DNA of 64,000 nt from Bacillota bacterium (GTDB lineage: Bacteria > Bacillota > UBA994 > UBA5500): assembly GCA_012735505.1 (NCBI GenBank), contig JAAYHE010000081.1:9461-73460 (forward strand). The letters run 5' to 3'. Positions 9,604 to 18,115 of the stretch are shown piece by piece (positions within the stretch are counted from its first letter, which is position 1; every line of letters starts with the position of its first letter). The position numbers and the translations under genes are program-made. Below the pieces are notes generated by a model. That model was not told the DNA's origin. It made no database searches and saw only the letters and a list, made by a program, of their open reading frames with translations.

Positions 9604-10422
9604 CTAGTCTGATAGCGATAGCTTACCACGCCCCTGCTTGCCCAGCTCTTTTAGGCGCAACAGGTCATCCCGGTGAAGTATGGCGGCTTCATAGCCCCGC
9701 TCGATGTATTGATCGGTACGACTTAAGTCAACAAGGCTTTCGCCCGCCAACTGTGGCATGATGCAAACATCTGCCGATTGGGATTGGGGCAGACACTGTA
9801 GACGCTGGGAAATCTCGAAAGAACGCAAGAGCACATCCACTATTCCTCCTATGCGCCGCTGCGCCGTAATACTTGCGTACAGATCAACGCCAATTGCATA
9901 TTGGGCCCCCATCTCACGAGCAGTCATAACAGGCACGTTTTCCATCATCCCCCCATCGACCAACAGCCTGCCAGCCCGTTCAACCGGAGGGAAAATCCCG
10001 GGGGCAGAGCAACTCGCCCGTACTGCAGACGCAACTGGGCCAGACCGCAGTATTACCTTTTCCGCGCTATAAAGGTCGGTACAAACTGCAAAGAAGGGTA
10101 AGTCTAGATCTGCGAAGGACTTGCCGACGAGGAATTCATCTAACTTCTTCTCTAATCTAGTAGCTCCAAGTACACTGCGTCTCGGAACCACAAGATGGCT
10201 CAAGTCGCGCCAAGTAGTATGACGTGCTATATGCGTTAGCTCGCTAACTGTATAACCAGCGGCAAACAGGGCACCGATAATGCTGCCGGCACTCGTCCCG
10301 GCTATAAGCGACAACTGCACACCCAACTCTTCTAGGGCCTTTAAGACGCCAATGTGAGCTATCCCCCGGGCAAACCCGCCCCCTAAGGCTAATCCAATTC
10401 TCACCCCATGCAACCCCTCCAA
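9604..10422 (-). CDS. Patatin-like phospholipase
   Basis: GGGFARGIAHIGVLKALEE..AGTSAGS (GxSxG nucleophile elbow) and a later DGG motif. Confidence 0.8.
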   Translation of the reverse strand: MEGLHGVRIGLALGGGFARGIAHIGVLKALEELGVQLSLIAGTSAGSIIGALFAAGYTVSELTHIARHTTWRDLSHLVVPRRSVLGATRLEKKLDEFLVGKSFADLDLPFFAVCTDLYSAEKVILRSGPVASAVRASCSAPGIFPPVERAGRLLVDGGMMENVPVMTAREMGAQYAIGVDLYASITAQRRIGGIVDVLLRSFEISQRLQCLPQSQSADVCIMPQLAGESLVDLSRTDQYIERGYEAAILHRDDLLRLKELGKQGRGKLSLSD

Positions 10423-10497
10423 TTCATTATGTACAAACAGAATGTCGACAGCAAAAGGAGCTGCTCTATTTCTGCGAGCAGCCCCTGTTACCTTTTA

Positions 10498-10866
10498 CTA
10501 AGTCGGGTTAGATAATAATATATTGGCGCCGCATACAGGACATGCAGTTGCAGCATCTGCTATCGCATCGAAAGCCACATCTACAACAGCATGGCAATCG
10601 GGACAAGCCAGTTCCATTTTCTCAAAGTCAAAAGCCGACTGGGTCTGTACAATGGAATTAGTTACTGCCCCTTTGCTAGCGCCAACATCTTGTGCGCCGA
10701 TCATATCTTGCACGACGTTAAGTAGTTCACCAATGATGTCTAGACTAGACATCCATAGTGTGGCGTCGGTTGCTATAGTCGGCTGACTACCTATCTTACT
10801 ACGCAATTCATTGGCTCGCTGCTCCAAGCGACGCACGCGAGCAACCACAATATGATTGTTAACCAT
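10498..10866 (-). CDS. DksA/TraR-family C4 zinc-finger protein (coiled-coil N-terminus)
   Basis: C-terminal CPDC-x17-CPVCGANI matches the DksA/TraR CxxC-x17-CxxCGxxI signature. N-terminus is predicted helical. Confidence 0.5.
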   Translation of the reverse strand: MVNNHIVVARVRRLEQRANELRSKIGSQPTIATDATLWMSSLDIIGELLNVVQDMIGAQDVGASKGAVTNSIVQTQSAFDFEKMELACPDCHAVVDVAFDAIADAATACPVCGANILLSNPT

Positions 10867-10942
10867 TAGTCATTACACTCCCTTATGTAGCCTCTGTAAC
10901 TAATGTCTCACTGCTGCAGCCAAATCATACCGGCTCGGGAGC

Positions 10943-11065
10943 TTTGCTGAAAAATGGCACAGTCGGTTGTGGTCATGCTCGGGTGCGTGCCGCTTGCGGC
11001 CGAGGTGTATGAGCGACCGACCGACTGCATGCCTTCCGTCAACATGAAAGGGCTTTTTCAGCAGT
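10943..11065. other. Long imperfect nested inverted repeat (structured element) in a divergent intergenic region
   Basis: Outer stem GCUGAAAAA / UUUUUCAGC; inner stems CAGUCGGUUGUGGUC / GACCGACCGACUG and GCUC..GAGC. No known riboswitch consensus recognised. Confidence 0.3.
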
Positions 11066-11147
11066 CCGCCTGTCGCCAAGCACCACTTATAGGTGCTAAA
11101 CATAGCATGTAACAAGTAATTAGACTATCTACGGAAGGGTGATTCGA

Positions 11148-12509
11148 TTGAACTGCATTGCAGCCTGCCACCGAATAGATGAAGCATTGGGGCAGGCCCA
11201 AATAACACGTCACCAAGCTCGTCCCAACCCTGATGCCCGTTTCGCCCCTTTTCGTATCAGCCCAGAGCCCTTCCAGCTTACACCGCAGCAAGCTGCCGAG
11301 ATAAAATACATGGGCACACAACTGTATAGTTTTTATCGTGCAATGGATGCCCTTTATTATCTTAGTCGAGAGGGAGAGGCTCCCCCCTTTATTGCGCATT
11401 ATCTTGATGCTGGTAAGCCCGGCTGGTTGATAGAATTGGCACAACTAAAAGCTTTTCGTGGGCAAACGCCACTTATCATGCGACCCGACTTGCTCCTTAC
11501 ACCCCAGGGTTGGCGAGCAGCCGAGCTAGATTCGGTACCAGGCAGTATGGGGTTGCTCGCCTTTTTTGAACAGATCTATGCCGATTGGCCCTTGCTAGGC
11601 GCTGCTGCTACAGCCTCTTCGATGGCTGCAGCCTTATTGACATTAACAAATGACAACGGGCAGATAGCGATCGTCATTTCTCAAGAATGCGGCGGCTACC
11701 ACGCTGAGACAGCTTGGCTTTCACGACAATGGCGTGAGCAAGGCTACAATATTCCTACCCTGGATCCCGAACAACTGCAGATTACTAACGGGCAAGTACG
11801 CTGGTTAGGCCACCGGCTGCATGTAATCTATCGTTTCTTTGAGCTGTTCGACCTGGATAACGTGCCTGGAGCGAAAGACCTATTGTATCTGGCCGCACAA
11901 GAAAAGATCAAAATTACACCACCACCTAAACCGCACTTAGAAGAAAAAATGTGGTTCGCCTTTTTGCATCATCCTGACCTACAGCCCTATTGGCAACAAC
12001 TTTTGGGAGACGAAACCTTGGCATACCTGCAACAACTTTTGCCTCCAACCTGGTTGCTCTGCAGAGATGCTGTAGCTTTTGCTGGCGGGCCTTGCGGATC
12101 ACTAGCTGGCCTCAAGCGAACTAGTCGACGGCAACGCTCCTTTGTGCTAAAGCCTTCTGGATTTTCTCCACTGGCTTGGGGTGGACACGGTTATAGTCGG
12201 GGAAAGGACTATACAACTGGACGTTGGGCGCAAGCTATAGATAGATATGTAGCTCAGAGTCATGTGCAGCCTTACATAATTCAAAAATATCAAAGTTCAG
12301 AACCATTGACTGTCCGCCACTATGACGCATCCAACAACAATATCGCCACTTTTCAGGGCAAAATGCGCCTTTGCCCCTATTATTTTCTGATAGGTGAGCA
12401 AGTGCGGCTTTCTGGAGCCTTAGCTACCGTGGTTCCCCTCAGCAAACCTGTTATTCATGGCATGACCGAGGCAGTCATGATGCCTACTGCTGTGTCAGCA
12501 GAAGCATAG
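11148..12509 (+). CDS. Circularly permuted ATP-grasp-like protein (glutathionylspermidine-synthase-like ligase superfamily), function unknown
   Basis: ELDSVPGSMG resembles the E(I/L)N(T)DSPGG box of CP ATP-grasp proteins. SFVLKPSGFSPLAWGGHGY resembles the VLKP..GG.G ATP-grasp strand. Start chosen at TTG 11148, 9 nt after GGAAGG; the ORF-track GTG at 11139 abuts the RBS. Confidence 0.4.
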   Translation: MNCIAACHRIDEALGQAQITRHQARPNPDARFAPFRISPEPFQLTPQQAAEIKYMGTQLYSFYRAMDALYYLSREGEAPPFIAHYLDAGKPGWLIELAQLKAFRGQTPLIMRPDLLLTPQGWRAAELDSVPGSMGLLAFFEQIYADWPLLGAAATASSMAAALLTLTNDNGQIAIVISQECGGYHAETAWLSRQWREQGYNIPTLDPEQLQITNGQVRWLGHRLHVIYRFFELFDLDNVPGAKDLLYLAAQEKIKITPPPKPHLEEKMWFAFLHHPDLQPYWQQLLGDETLAYLQQLLPPTWLLCRDAVAFAGGPCGSLAGLKRTSRRQRSFVLKPSGFSPLAWGGHGYSRGKDYTTGRWAQAIDRYVAQSHVQPYIIQKYQSSEPLTVRHYDASNNNIATFQGKMRLCPYYFLIGEQVRLSGALATVVPLSKPVIHGMTEAVMMPTAVSAEA

Positions 12510-12537
12510 TCGGTCTTTCACAGAGGGGCTGAGCAAG

Positions 12538-13098
12538 CTATTTCCTGCTAAAGCCAAAACGGCCTAAATATTCTCCAAGACCATAGTAGGAGCTACCCGC
12601 ATAGGCAACCGGGCGGGCCAAGCTATGGTCTATAAGTTGTTGCTCATTCACTAGGCTAGCATCAACTTGCACCGCCACTATGCGGGCCACGAACAGCGAA
12701 TGGGAGCCGAGTTCTAATTCCTTTTCAACAATACACTCTAAATTGATAGGACATTCGGCTATCAGGGGAGCACATTTTAGTTGGCTACTAGGAACAGCCG
12801 TTAGACCGCAGTCGGCAAACTTGTCATGATCTCTGCCGCTAACCATGCCACAGTAGTCCATCGCTTGGGTTAAAGATTCGGAGGGAATATTGACAACAAA
12901 TTCGCCGCTAGTAGCAATAAGCTCATATGAATAGCGTATGGGACGCACCGCAATAGCCAACATAGGTGGAGCTGAACAAACCGTGCCCGCCCAAGCGATG
13001 GTGATAATATTAGGCTTCCCGTCGGTGCTACTGCAGCTAACCATTACTGCAGGCACAGGACAAAGAGCTGTATGGGGTTTGAGCTGGATTTTTGTCAT
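12538..13098 (-). CDS. Flavin reductase-like FMN-binding split-barrel protein
   Basis: PVPAVMVSCSS..GKPNIITIAWAG is typical of flavin reductase-like domains. Overlaps the HAD gene by 4 nt. Confidence 0.75.
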   Translation of the reverse strand: MTKIQLKPHTALCPVPAVMVSCSSTDGKPNIITIAWAGTVCSAPPMLAIAVRPIRYSYELIATSGEFVVNIPSESLTQAMDYCGMVSGRDHDKFADCGLTAVPSSQLKCAPLIAECPINLECIVEKELELGSHSLFVARIVAVQVDASLVNEQQLIDHSLARPVAYAGSSYYGLGEYLGRFGFSRK

Positions 13099-13793
13099 CT
13101 TGTCACACTCCTTCCCTCTATTCTAGTTCCGCCGCCAGCAGATAATGTCTCGCCCCTAGCCAAGAATAGCTCAGTTAAGTCAGAAAAATTATCAATACAA
13201 TGGTGGGCTGCTTCCAACTCCTGTGCTGAACCAAGGCCAAAAGCACAGCCGATGGTGAGTAGGTTATTCGCTAACCCAGCTTCCATATCGTGCCAGCGGT
13301 CGCCGACCATGGCAGCTGGTATTGCGAAGCCAGGTAACACATGACGCAAAATCTGGGATTTGCTCAATCCTGGAAAGTCTGCTGCGCAAAAGCGCTTATG
13401 AAAGTAATGACCTATGCCTAAGGCATCGGGCACAGCCTGTAGGTAGTCGGCATCGCAATTACTGAGAATACAAAGAACTATACCTGCCTGCTGCAACTGT
13501 TTCAAAGTCGACTCCACACCTGGAAAAGTTTCGCCCTGGCCTGCAGCTAGCAGTTCTAGTTCTATCTCGCCCATGATACGAGCAGCCTCTTGTCTAGCCG
13601 CAACAGAGGCTGTAGGTAAAAGTTGCTGCCAGATTTCGTGAGTGGGGTAGCCTAAAGTGCGTATTAATACATCATCACTGGGAACTGGTTGCTGCAAACG
13701 AGCCAATGTCAACTGAAACGCGGGCAAGGCGACACTATGGGCAGGCCACAGGGTTCCGTCTAAGTCGAAAAATACGGTCTTAACAGTTTTCAT
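13095..13793 (-). CDS. HAD-superfamily hydrolase
   Basis: MKTVKTVFFDLDGTLW (motif I DxDGT) and later GDRWHD (motif IV). Start moved to MKTVK. Confidence 0.7.
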   Translation of the reverse strand: MKTVKTVFFDLDGTLWPAHSVALPAFQLTLARLQQPVPSDDVLIRTLGYPTHEIWQQLLPTASVAARQEAARIMGEIELELLAAGQGETFPGVESTLKQLQQAGIVLCILSNCDADYLQAVPDALGIGHYFHKRFCAADFPGLSKSQILRHVLPGFAIPAAMVGDRWHDMEAGLANNLLTIGCAFGLGSAQELEAAHHCIDNFSDLTELFLARGETLSAGGGTRIEGRSVTR

Positions 13794-13953
13794 TGGCCCG
13801 GCACCAAACTCGGCACGCAGGCAAACTGCCGTAGCAGTTGCAGAGCGCACCCCGCGTGATACAATTTCTGTTTTTGCTGCACGTTATAACCTCCACCTTC
13901 GATTTTGTTCTTAGTGCTTTTCTTGCACTCATTATAGGCACTCCAACAATTGA

Positions 13954-13991
13954 CCATAAAAGCCCTAAGCGTTGACAGGCTTAGGGCTTTG
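13954..13991 (-). terminator. Rho-independent terminator (bidirectional hairpin) after membrane-protein gene
   Basis: AAAGCCCUAAGCC-UGUCAAC-GCUUAGGGCUUUU followed by AUGG on the minus strand. Confidence 0.5.
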
Positions 13992-14017
13992 TACTTTTGC
14001 CGACAAGAATCTGCCGC

Positions 14018-14650
14018 CTACGGCTCGACCGTGTCGTCGGGCCAATAAAGTTCGGCAAAGGCATAACCGAAAGGTTCTTCTCCAATCGAGTTAAAGTAAG
14101 TGATAAAGTCGAGGTTATGATCCTCATTGAAACCGAGAACAAATTGTTCCTGCTTTTGCTCGTCCTCTACTCGAACTAAAGCAAAAACATTGTACCCGGC
14201 GTTAGTCTGCTGAAAGCGAAACTCAAAGTCGCGTGAATGCAATGCCTCTTTCAGATCCTCTAGTAGGTTTGGTAGATCGTAGTAGAAGTCTGGCAGGTTA
14301 CCGATAGCATAGTCTATCGACTTCTTATCACTAATATTCGTGAAGGACCATGTATCATCTTTCTTTTCTATCTGGTAACCAGGCCACTCCTCGTCACTGC
14401 TATAGTAGCCATAACTAAAAGACTTGATTTCTGGCCAATCATTTTCCAGGCGTTGAACACCGCGGTCACCTATTTTCCGTAAAACGCGAGGGCTGGCTCC
14501 TGCGTACGAACTCAAGTTAAGATTGGGGAATAGGAAGTTTCCGATAAAGATCAATAAGATCACTAGGGCAATGCTACCCGCAATGATTAAGTCCCATGAC
14601 GTTCCCTTAGTGCCTTCGCGCTGGGCTCGACGTCGTGCATGCCTGTTCAT
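14018..14650 (-). CDS. Membrane-anchored hypothetical protein (N-terminal TM, acidic extracytoplasmic domain)
   Basis: 210 aa; a basic N-terminus then one TM helix; no recognisable motif. 25 nt downstream of cobO. Confidence 0.5.
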   Translation of the reverse strand: MNRHARRRAQREGTKGTSWDLIIAGSIALVILLIFIGNFLFPNLNLSSYAGASPRVLRKIGDRGVQRLENDWPEIKSFSYGYYSSDEEWPGYQIEKKDDTWSFTNISDKKSIDYAIGNLPDFYYDLPNLLEDLKEALHSRDFEFRFQQTNAGYNVFALVRVEDEQKQEQFVLGFNEDHNLDFITYFNSIGEEPFGYAFAELYWPDDTVEP

Positions 14651-14675
14651 ACCTTAGACCTCCCAAAAGCTAGCT

Positions 14676-15200
14676 TTAATACTCTATACCTGGCTGCGCT
14701 TGTATGCCTTGGCGCCAGTGATGCTTTATTTCACTGACCTCACTTACCATATCAGCTATATCTTGTAGTTTCTGGCTAGCACCCCGGCCGGTGATAACCA
14801 GTGTAACTGTCGGCTGCCTATTTTTGATCATGGTTAGCACGTCACTTTCTCGTACCAGACCATAATCAATAGCTACATTAAGTTCGTCCAAAATGACTAG
14901 ATCATATTCGCCCTGGCTGGTAACCTGACAAACCCGATCCAAGGCAGACTGGGCCAATTGGATATCAATATCCTCGGGATTATCCATATCAACAAACACC
15001 TCGCGTCCGCATTGGATTACATCAACCTGCGGTAAAAATCTCTGCAAGGCGCTTACTTCACCCGTAGGCTGCCCTTTCATAAATTGTACGATTAGAACAC
15101 GCTGGTCATGTCCTACAGCCCTCAAAGCTAGGCCCATGGCAGCTGTAGTTTTACCCTTACCATCGCCTGTATAGACGAGAACCAAGCCTTTCGCTTGCAT
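14676..15200 (-). CDS. cobO: Cob(I)yrinic acid a,c-diamide / cob(I)alamin adenosyltransferase (CobO/CobA/BtuR family)
   Basis: MQAKGLVLVYTGDGKGKTTAAMGLALRA..VLIVQFMKG is a canonical CobA/CobO P-loop. Confidence 0.8.
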   Translation of the reverse strand: MQAKGLVLVYTGDGKGKTTAAMGLALRAVGHDQRVLIVQFMKGQPTGEVSALQRFLPQVDVIQCGREVFVDMDNPEDIDIQLAQSALDRVCQVTSQGEYDLVILDELNVAIDYGLVRESDVLTMIKNRQPTVTLVITGRGASQKLQDIADMVSEVSEIKHHWRQGIQAQPGIEY

Positions 15201-15321
15201 GCTGTCACCCCTTTCCTTCTGAGGCAGAAACCGCACATCCCGCGGATATCTTCGTACCCTATTATAGATACGTCAAATCATCGGTATTTTCCTACCAGCC
15301 AGCCTGGAAAGACAACAACAA

Positions 15322-16572
15322 CTATTTCCCAAGATTACTAACCTCATGCACTTGTAAGCTACGTACATGCTCGGTACGCCGCCAGTTGGTGTCTTTGCAG
15401 GTAAACAGGCCCCACACAAACAGAGGCATGTAAATGATATTATAAAAAAATAGCGCAGGGAAAACGATTAGCAAGGTGCCACTCAGCTGGGTATCCATCT
15501 TTAGGCAGCACCACATATACACAAACTGGATAACCAACAGTAGTAACACCACGTAGTCCGGCATGATCTGTGGGAAAAAGGCAACTGCGTAACCTAAGTT
15601 ATTAAGTAAAGTCTGTACAACAGAACAGATGGTCAAATAGAGGGCAGCTACTATTTGCGCCGAATTAAGCAGATAAATAGCCCCATCTAGGTAGCCAAAA
15701 TTACCTTCCTGGAAAAAACTCTTTAGCAAGCGAGGAAAGTAACGAAAACAGACCTGCCAATGCCCTCGTGCCCAGCGTAGTCTTTGCACGATGGAGGCTT
15801 TGAAATCCAAAGGTTTTTCGTCATAAATACGCGTTTCATGGCTCCAGACGGCCCGCACACCAGAAAGCAGACATTGCATTTGAAACTCAAGATCCTCTGT
15901 AAGGGTACGCGCCTTCCAGCCAATTTTCTGCAAAAGTTTGGCGTCTACACAAAAGCCGGTGCCGCCTATAGAAACGGGTAGCCCCAAATTAGTTTTGCCC
16001 ACCTGCCAAGCGCGGTTCATGTAATAGTAGGCCGCAGCATAGCTCAGTGTAACCCAATTATCTCTCGGATTCTTAGTATCCAAATAACACTGCATTAACC
16101 GATCTCCAGCCAGCAGGTGGTTGTTCATCACAGCTAAGAAATTGAGCTCCACCAAATTGTCAGCGTCAAAAAAGGCTACACCGTCGTATTCGTTAAGGTC
16201 GATCTGCCTTAGCGCCCACGCAATTGCGTACGGTTTACCTCTAGGTTCACCTTTTCCATAATAGTGTTCTAGCACCTTTGCCCCACGAGAGCGAGCAATA
16301 GTGGCCGTATTATCCGAGCAATTGTCGGCGATTACATATACATCGTACAATTCTTTTGGATAATCGAGGCCCATTAAATTGTCGACCAAGGCTCCAATAA
16401 CTACCTCTTCATCATGAGCTGGTACCAAGATCAAAAATCGCTTTTCAGGCTTTCGCTTGGGCCGCGGTTCAGGTGTCTTTAGACCAAAAAAGCTAACTGC
16501 CAACCAGTAAATAACCACTGTAGTCATCAACAACGACAATAATGAATTAAAGCCATAAAAGAACTTGAGCAT
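15322..16572 (-). CDS. Processive family-2 glycosyltransferase (PgaC/IcaA/cellulose-synthase-like)
   Basis: DxD motif (FFDADN), TEDLE motif, QRLRWARG (the QxxRW processivity motif), and 2 N-terminal plus several C-terminal TM helices. Confidence 0.75.
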   Translation of the reverse strand: MLKFFYGFNSLLSLLMTTVVIYWLAVSFFGLKTPEPRPKRKPEKRFLILVPAHDEEVVIGALVDNLMGLDYPKELYDVYVIADNCSDNTATIARSRGAKVLEHYYGKGEPRGKPYAIAWALRQIDLNEYDGVAFFDADNLVELNFLAVMNNHLLAGDRLMQCYLDTKNPRDNWVTLSYAAAYYYMNRAWQVGKTNLGLPVSIGGTGFCVDAKLLQKIGWKARTLTEDLEFQMQCLLSGVRAVWSHETRIYDEKPLDFKASIVQRLRWARGHWQVCFRYFPRLLKSFFQEGNFGYLDGAIYLLNSAQIVAALYLTICSVVQTLLNNLGYAVAFFPQIMPDYVVLLLLVIQFVYMWCCLKMDTQLSGTLLIVFPALFFYNIIYMPLFVWGLFTCKDTNWRRTEHVRSLQVHEVSNLGK

Positions 16573-16594
16573 TTGTCATCTCCTTCTGCCAAAG

Positions 16595-16642
16595 GGAACT
16601 AACCCGTATGTAGAATGACGCAAACTGTAGCAAGTTAGTTCC
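16595..16642 (-). promoter_or_regulatory. 9-bp-stem hairpin in the 5' leader of the GT2 gene, about 10 nt upstream of its RBS
   Basis: GGAACUAAC-(30 nt)-GUUAGUUCC immediately 5' of the AAGGAGA RBS. Confidence 0.3.
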
Positions 16643-16775
16643 TCCACCAAAGATGTCAATAATAGTTGGACGCTGTTGTAGAGACCTAATGACTACTTTA
16701 GCAGAAGCGCAAAACAAATGCCACGTGCTTTGCGTTACAAAATAGCAGAACGAGATGACTTGCCACTGGTTGACA

Positions 16776-16846
16776 CAAAAAAAACACTCCCCCCGTAGCA
16801 TCTAGGCGTTTTATCTTTCGCGTGTCAACTCCGGGAGGGAGTCTGC
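16776..16846 (-). terminator. Putative terminator after the PP2C gene (G-rich stem plus U8)
   Basis: Minus strand reads ACUCCCUCCC...GGGGGGAGUG followed by UUUUUUUU. The loop is long, so this is atypical. Confidence 0.4.
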
Positions 16847-16939
16847 AATCATCGGGTTGGAAGACTGCGCCTACATGTAAGCGGCGGTGCGCGTCACTGG
16901 CTACCAGTGCGCACATGAGCGCAGGGCCAAGCAGGGATG

Positions 16940-18115
16940 CTAATAATAGGCAATAGAGACTTCTTTTCCTAGCTCCTTTAGCTCCTGGCAAATATCGTCT
17001 ACTACTTTTAGTTTTAATGCTAAACTCAAGGGCAATCCTGGATTTTGATGAGCCGGATTGATAGCTTGCCCCACCAACACCTGTAAATGGGTACACTCGC
17101 AAAGCAGGATACGGGCCAAGCGCGACGCACCGTCCTGCCGATTCAATTCAGCGATATCCCGGTAGGAGGCGTCTTTCGCTTTTGCAAATCTAATCAATTC
17201 CAAAGCCTTAGATAGTGTTAGCACACCTTCCGTCACAAGATCAATACCAGGAATAGTTGCTGTAGGAGGCACTGCGGCATTGGCATAAGTCAGGCTAGTC
17301 AAGAGGGGTCTTTGCGTTTCCCGACTGACAATCTGCGCCGTTGTGCCGCCGCAAACGATCTTCAGCCCGGGGCCAGCTAACAACCTAGCCACCACCTCTT
17401 CATCTCTTGCCGGGTCTGCCGGTGGACCAGTAAATAGGGTTACATGCTGAACCGGCCGAATCTTAACCCCTACCACTGTCGTATCATCACCGGGTTTGCG
17501 CATATACAGATTGTCGCAAACATCGGATAAAAGAGAGACTACTTTAGGCATATCAGTTTCGTGCTGCATAACCTTCTCCAAGTAATGGGCCACATTATGC
17601 CACTGCCAGCCCAAATTTAATATTCCTCCTACGCCGGCATTAATCACGCCGTCAGAGATCAAGAACAGCGTGTCGTTTTCTTGTACAGGAAATCGTGCCT
17701 CTTGCAGCTTGCGTCCCTCGATTACCCGCACCGATTTAGGGACAGCCGATATCCGCCCTTGGCGCCAAAGCATGGTTTCTGGACAATCAAATTCCACTAA
17801 ATAGGCTTCGCGTTGCTGCAAAAAGATCTGCAGAATCAAAAAGGTTGAGTAGGCAAGTTGCCGCACCTGACAAACAGGCAAGGTCGCAGCTAAAGTTGAG
17901 ACCACTTCATCCACCTCTGCTCCTTGCTTTAGCATAGAGCTAGCAATTTTGGTGGTTAATGTAGCTAAAATATTAGCCTTTACTCCGCTGCCCAAACCAT
18001 CCGCTAACACCACGATGACCGAGTCTGCCGTTCTGGCTATTTCTACGCAATCACCGCATAATTCTTCTCCATACTTGTTGAGACAGCGGACAAAGGTTTC
18101 AACATAAAGGCTCAT
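16940..18115 (-). CDS. PP2C/SpoIIE-family serine phosphatase (HfsC-like) with an uncharacterised ~180-aa C-terminal domain
   Basis: CGDCVEI..VLADGLGSGVKANILA is characteristic of SpoIIE/RsbU PP2C domains. Overlaps the HydS gene by 4 nt. Confidence 0.7.
   Translation of the reverse strand: MSLYVETFVRCLNKYGEELCGDCVEIARTADSVIVVLADGLGSGVKANILATLTTKIASSMLKQGAEVDEVVSTLAATLPVCQVRQLAYSTFLILQIFLQQREAYLVEFDCPETMLWRQGRISAVPKSVRVIEGRKLQEARFPVQENDTLFLISDGVINAGVGGILNLGWQWHNVAHYLEKVMQHETDMPKVVSLLSDVCDNLYMRKPGDDTTVVGVKIRPVQHVTLFTGPPADPARDEEVVARLLAGPGLKIVCGGTTAQIVSRETQRPLLTSLTYANAAVPPTATIPGIDLVTEGVLTLSKALELIRFAKAKDASYRDIAELNRQDGASRLARILLCECTHLQVLVGQAINPAHQNPGLPLSLALKLKVVDDICQELKELGKEVSIAYY

Noticed and set aside
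10900-11444. Minus-strand ORFs 10900..11115 (71 aa) and 11058..11444 (128 aa)
   Set aside because: They overlap the structured intergenic element and the RBS and 5' end of the plus-strand gene. They have no RBS and a His/Arg-rich, low-complexity composition.
13150-13185. tRNA-like string AATAGCTCAGTTAAGTCAG
   Set aside because: No acceptor stem or anticodon arm can be formed, and it lies inside the well-supported HAD CDS.
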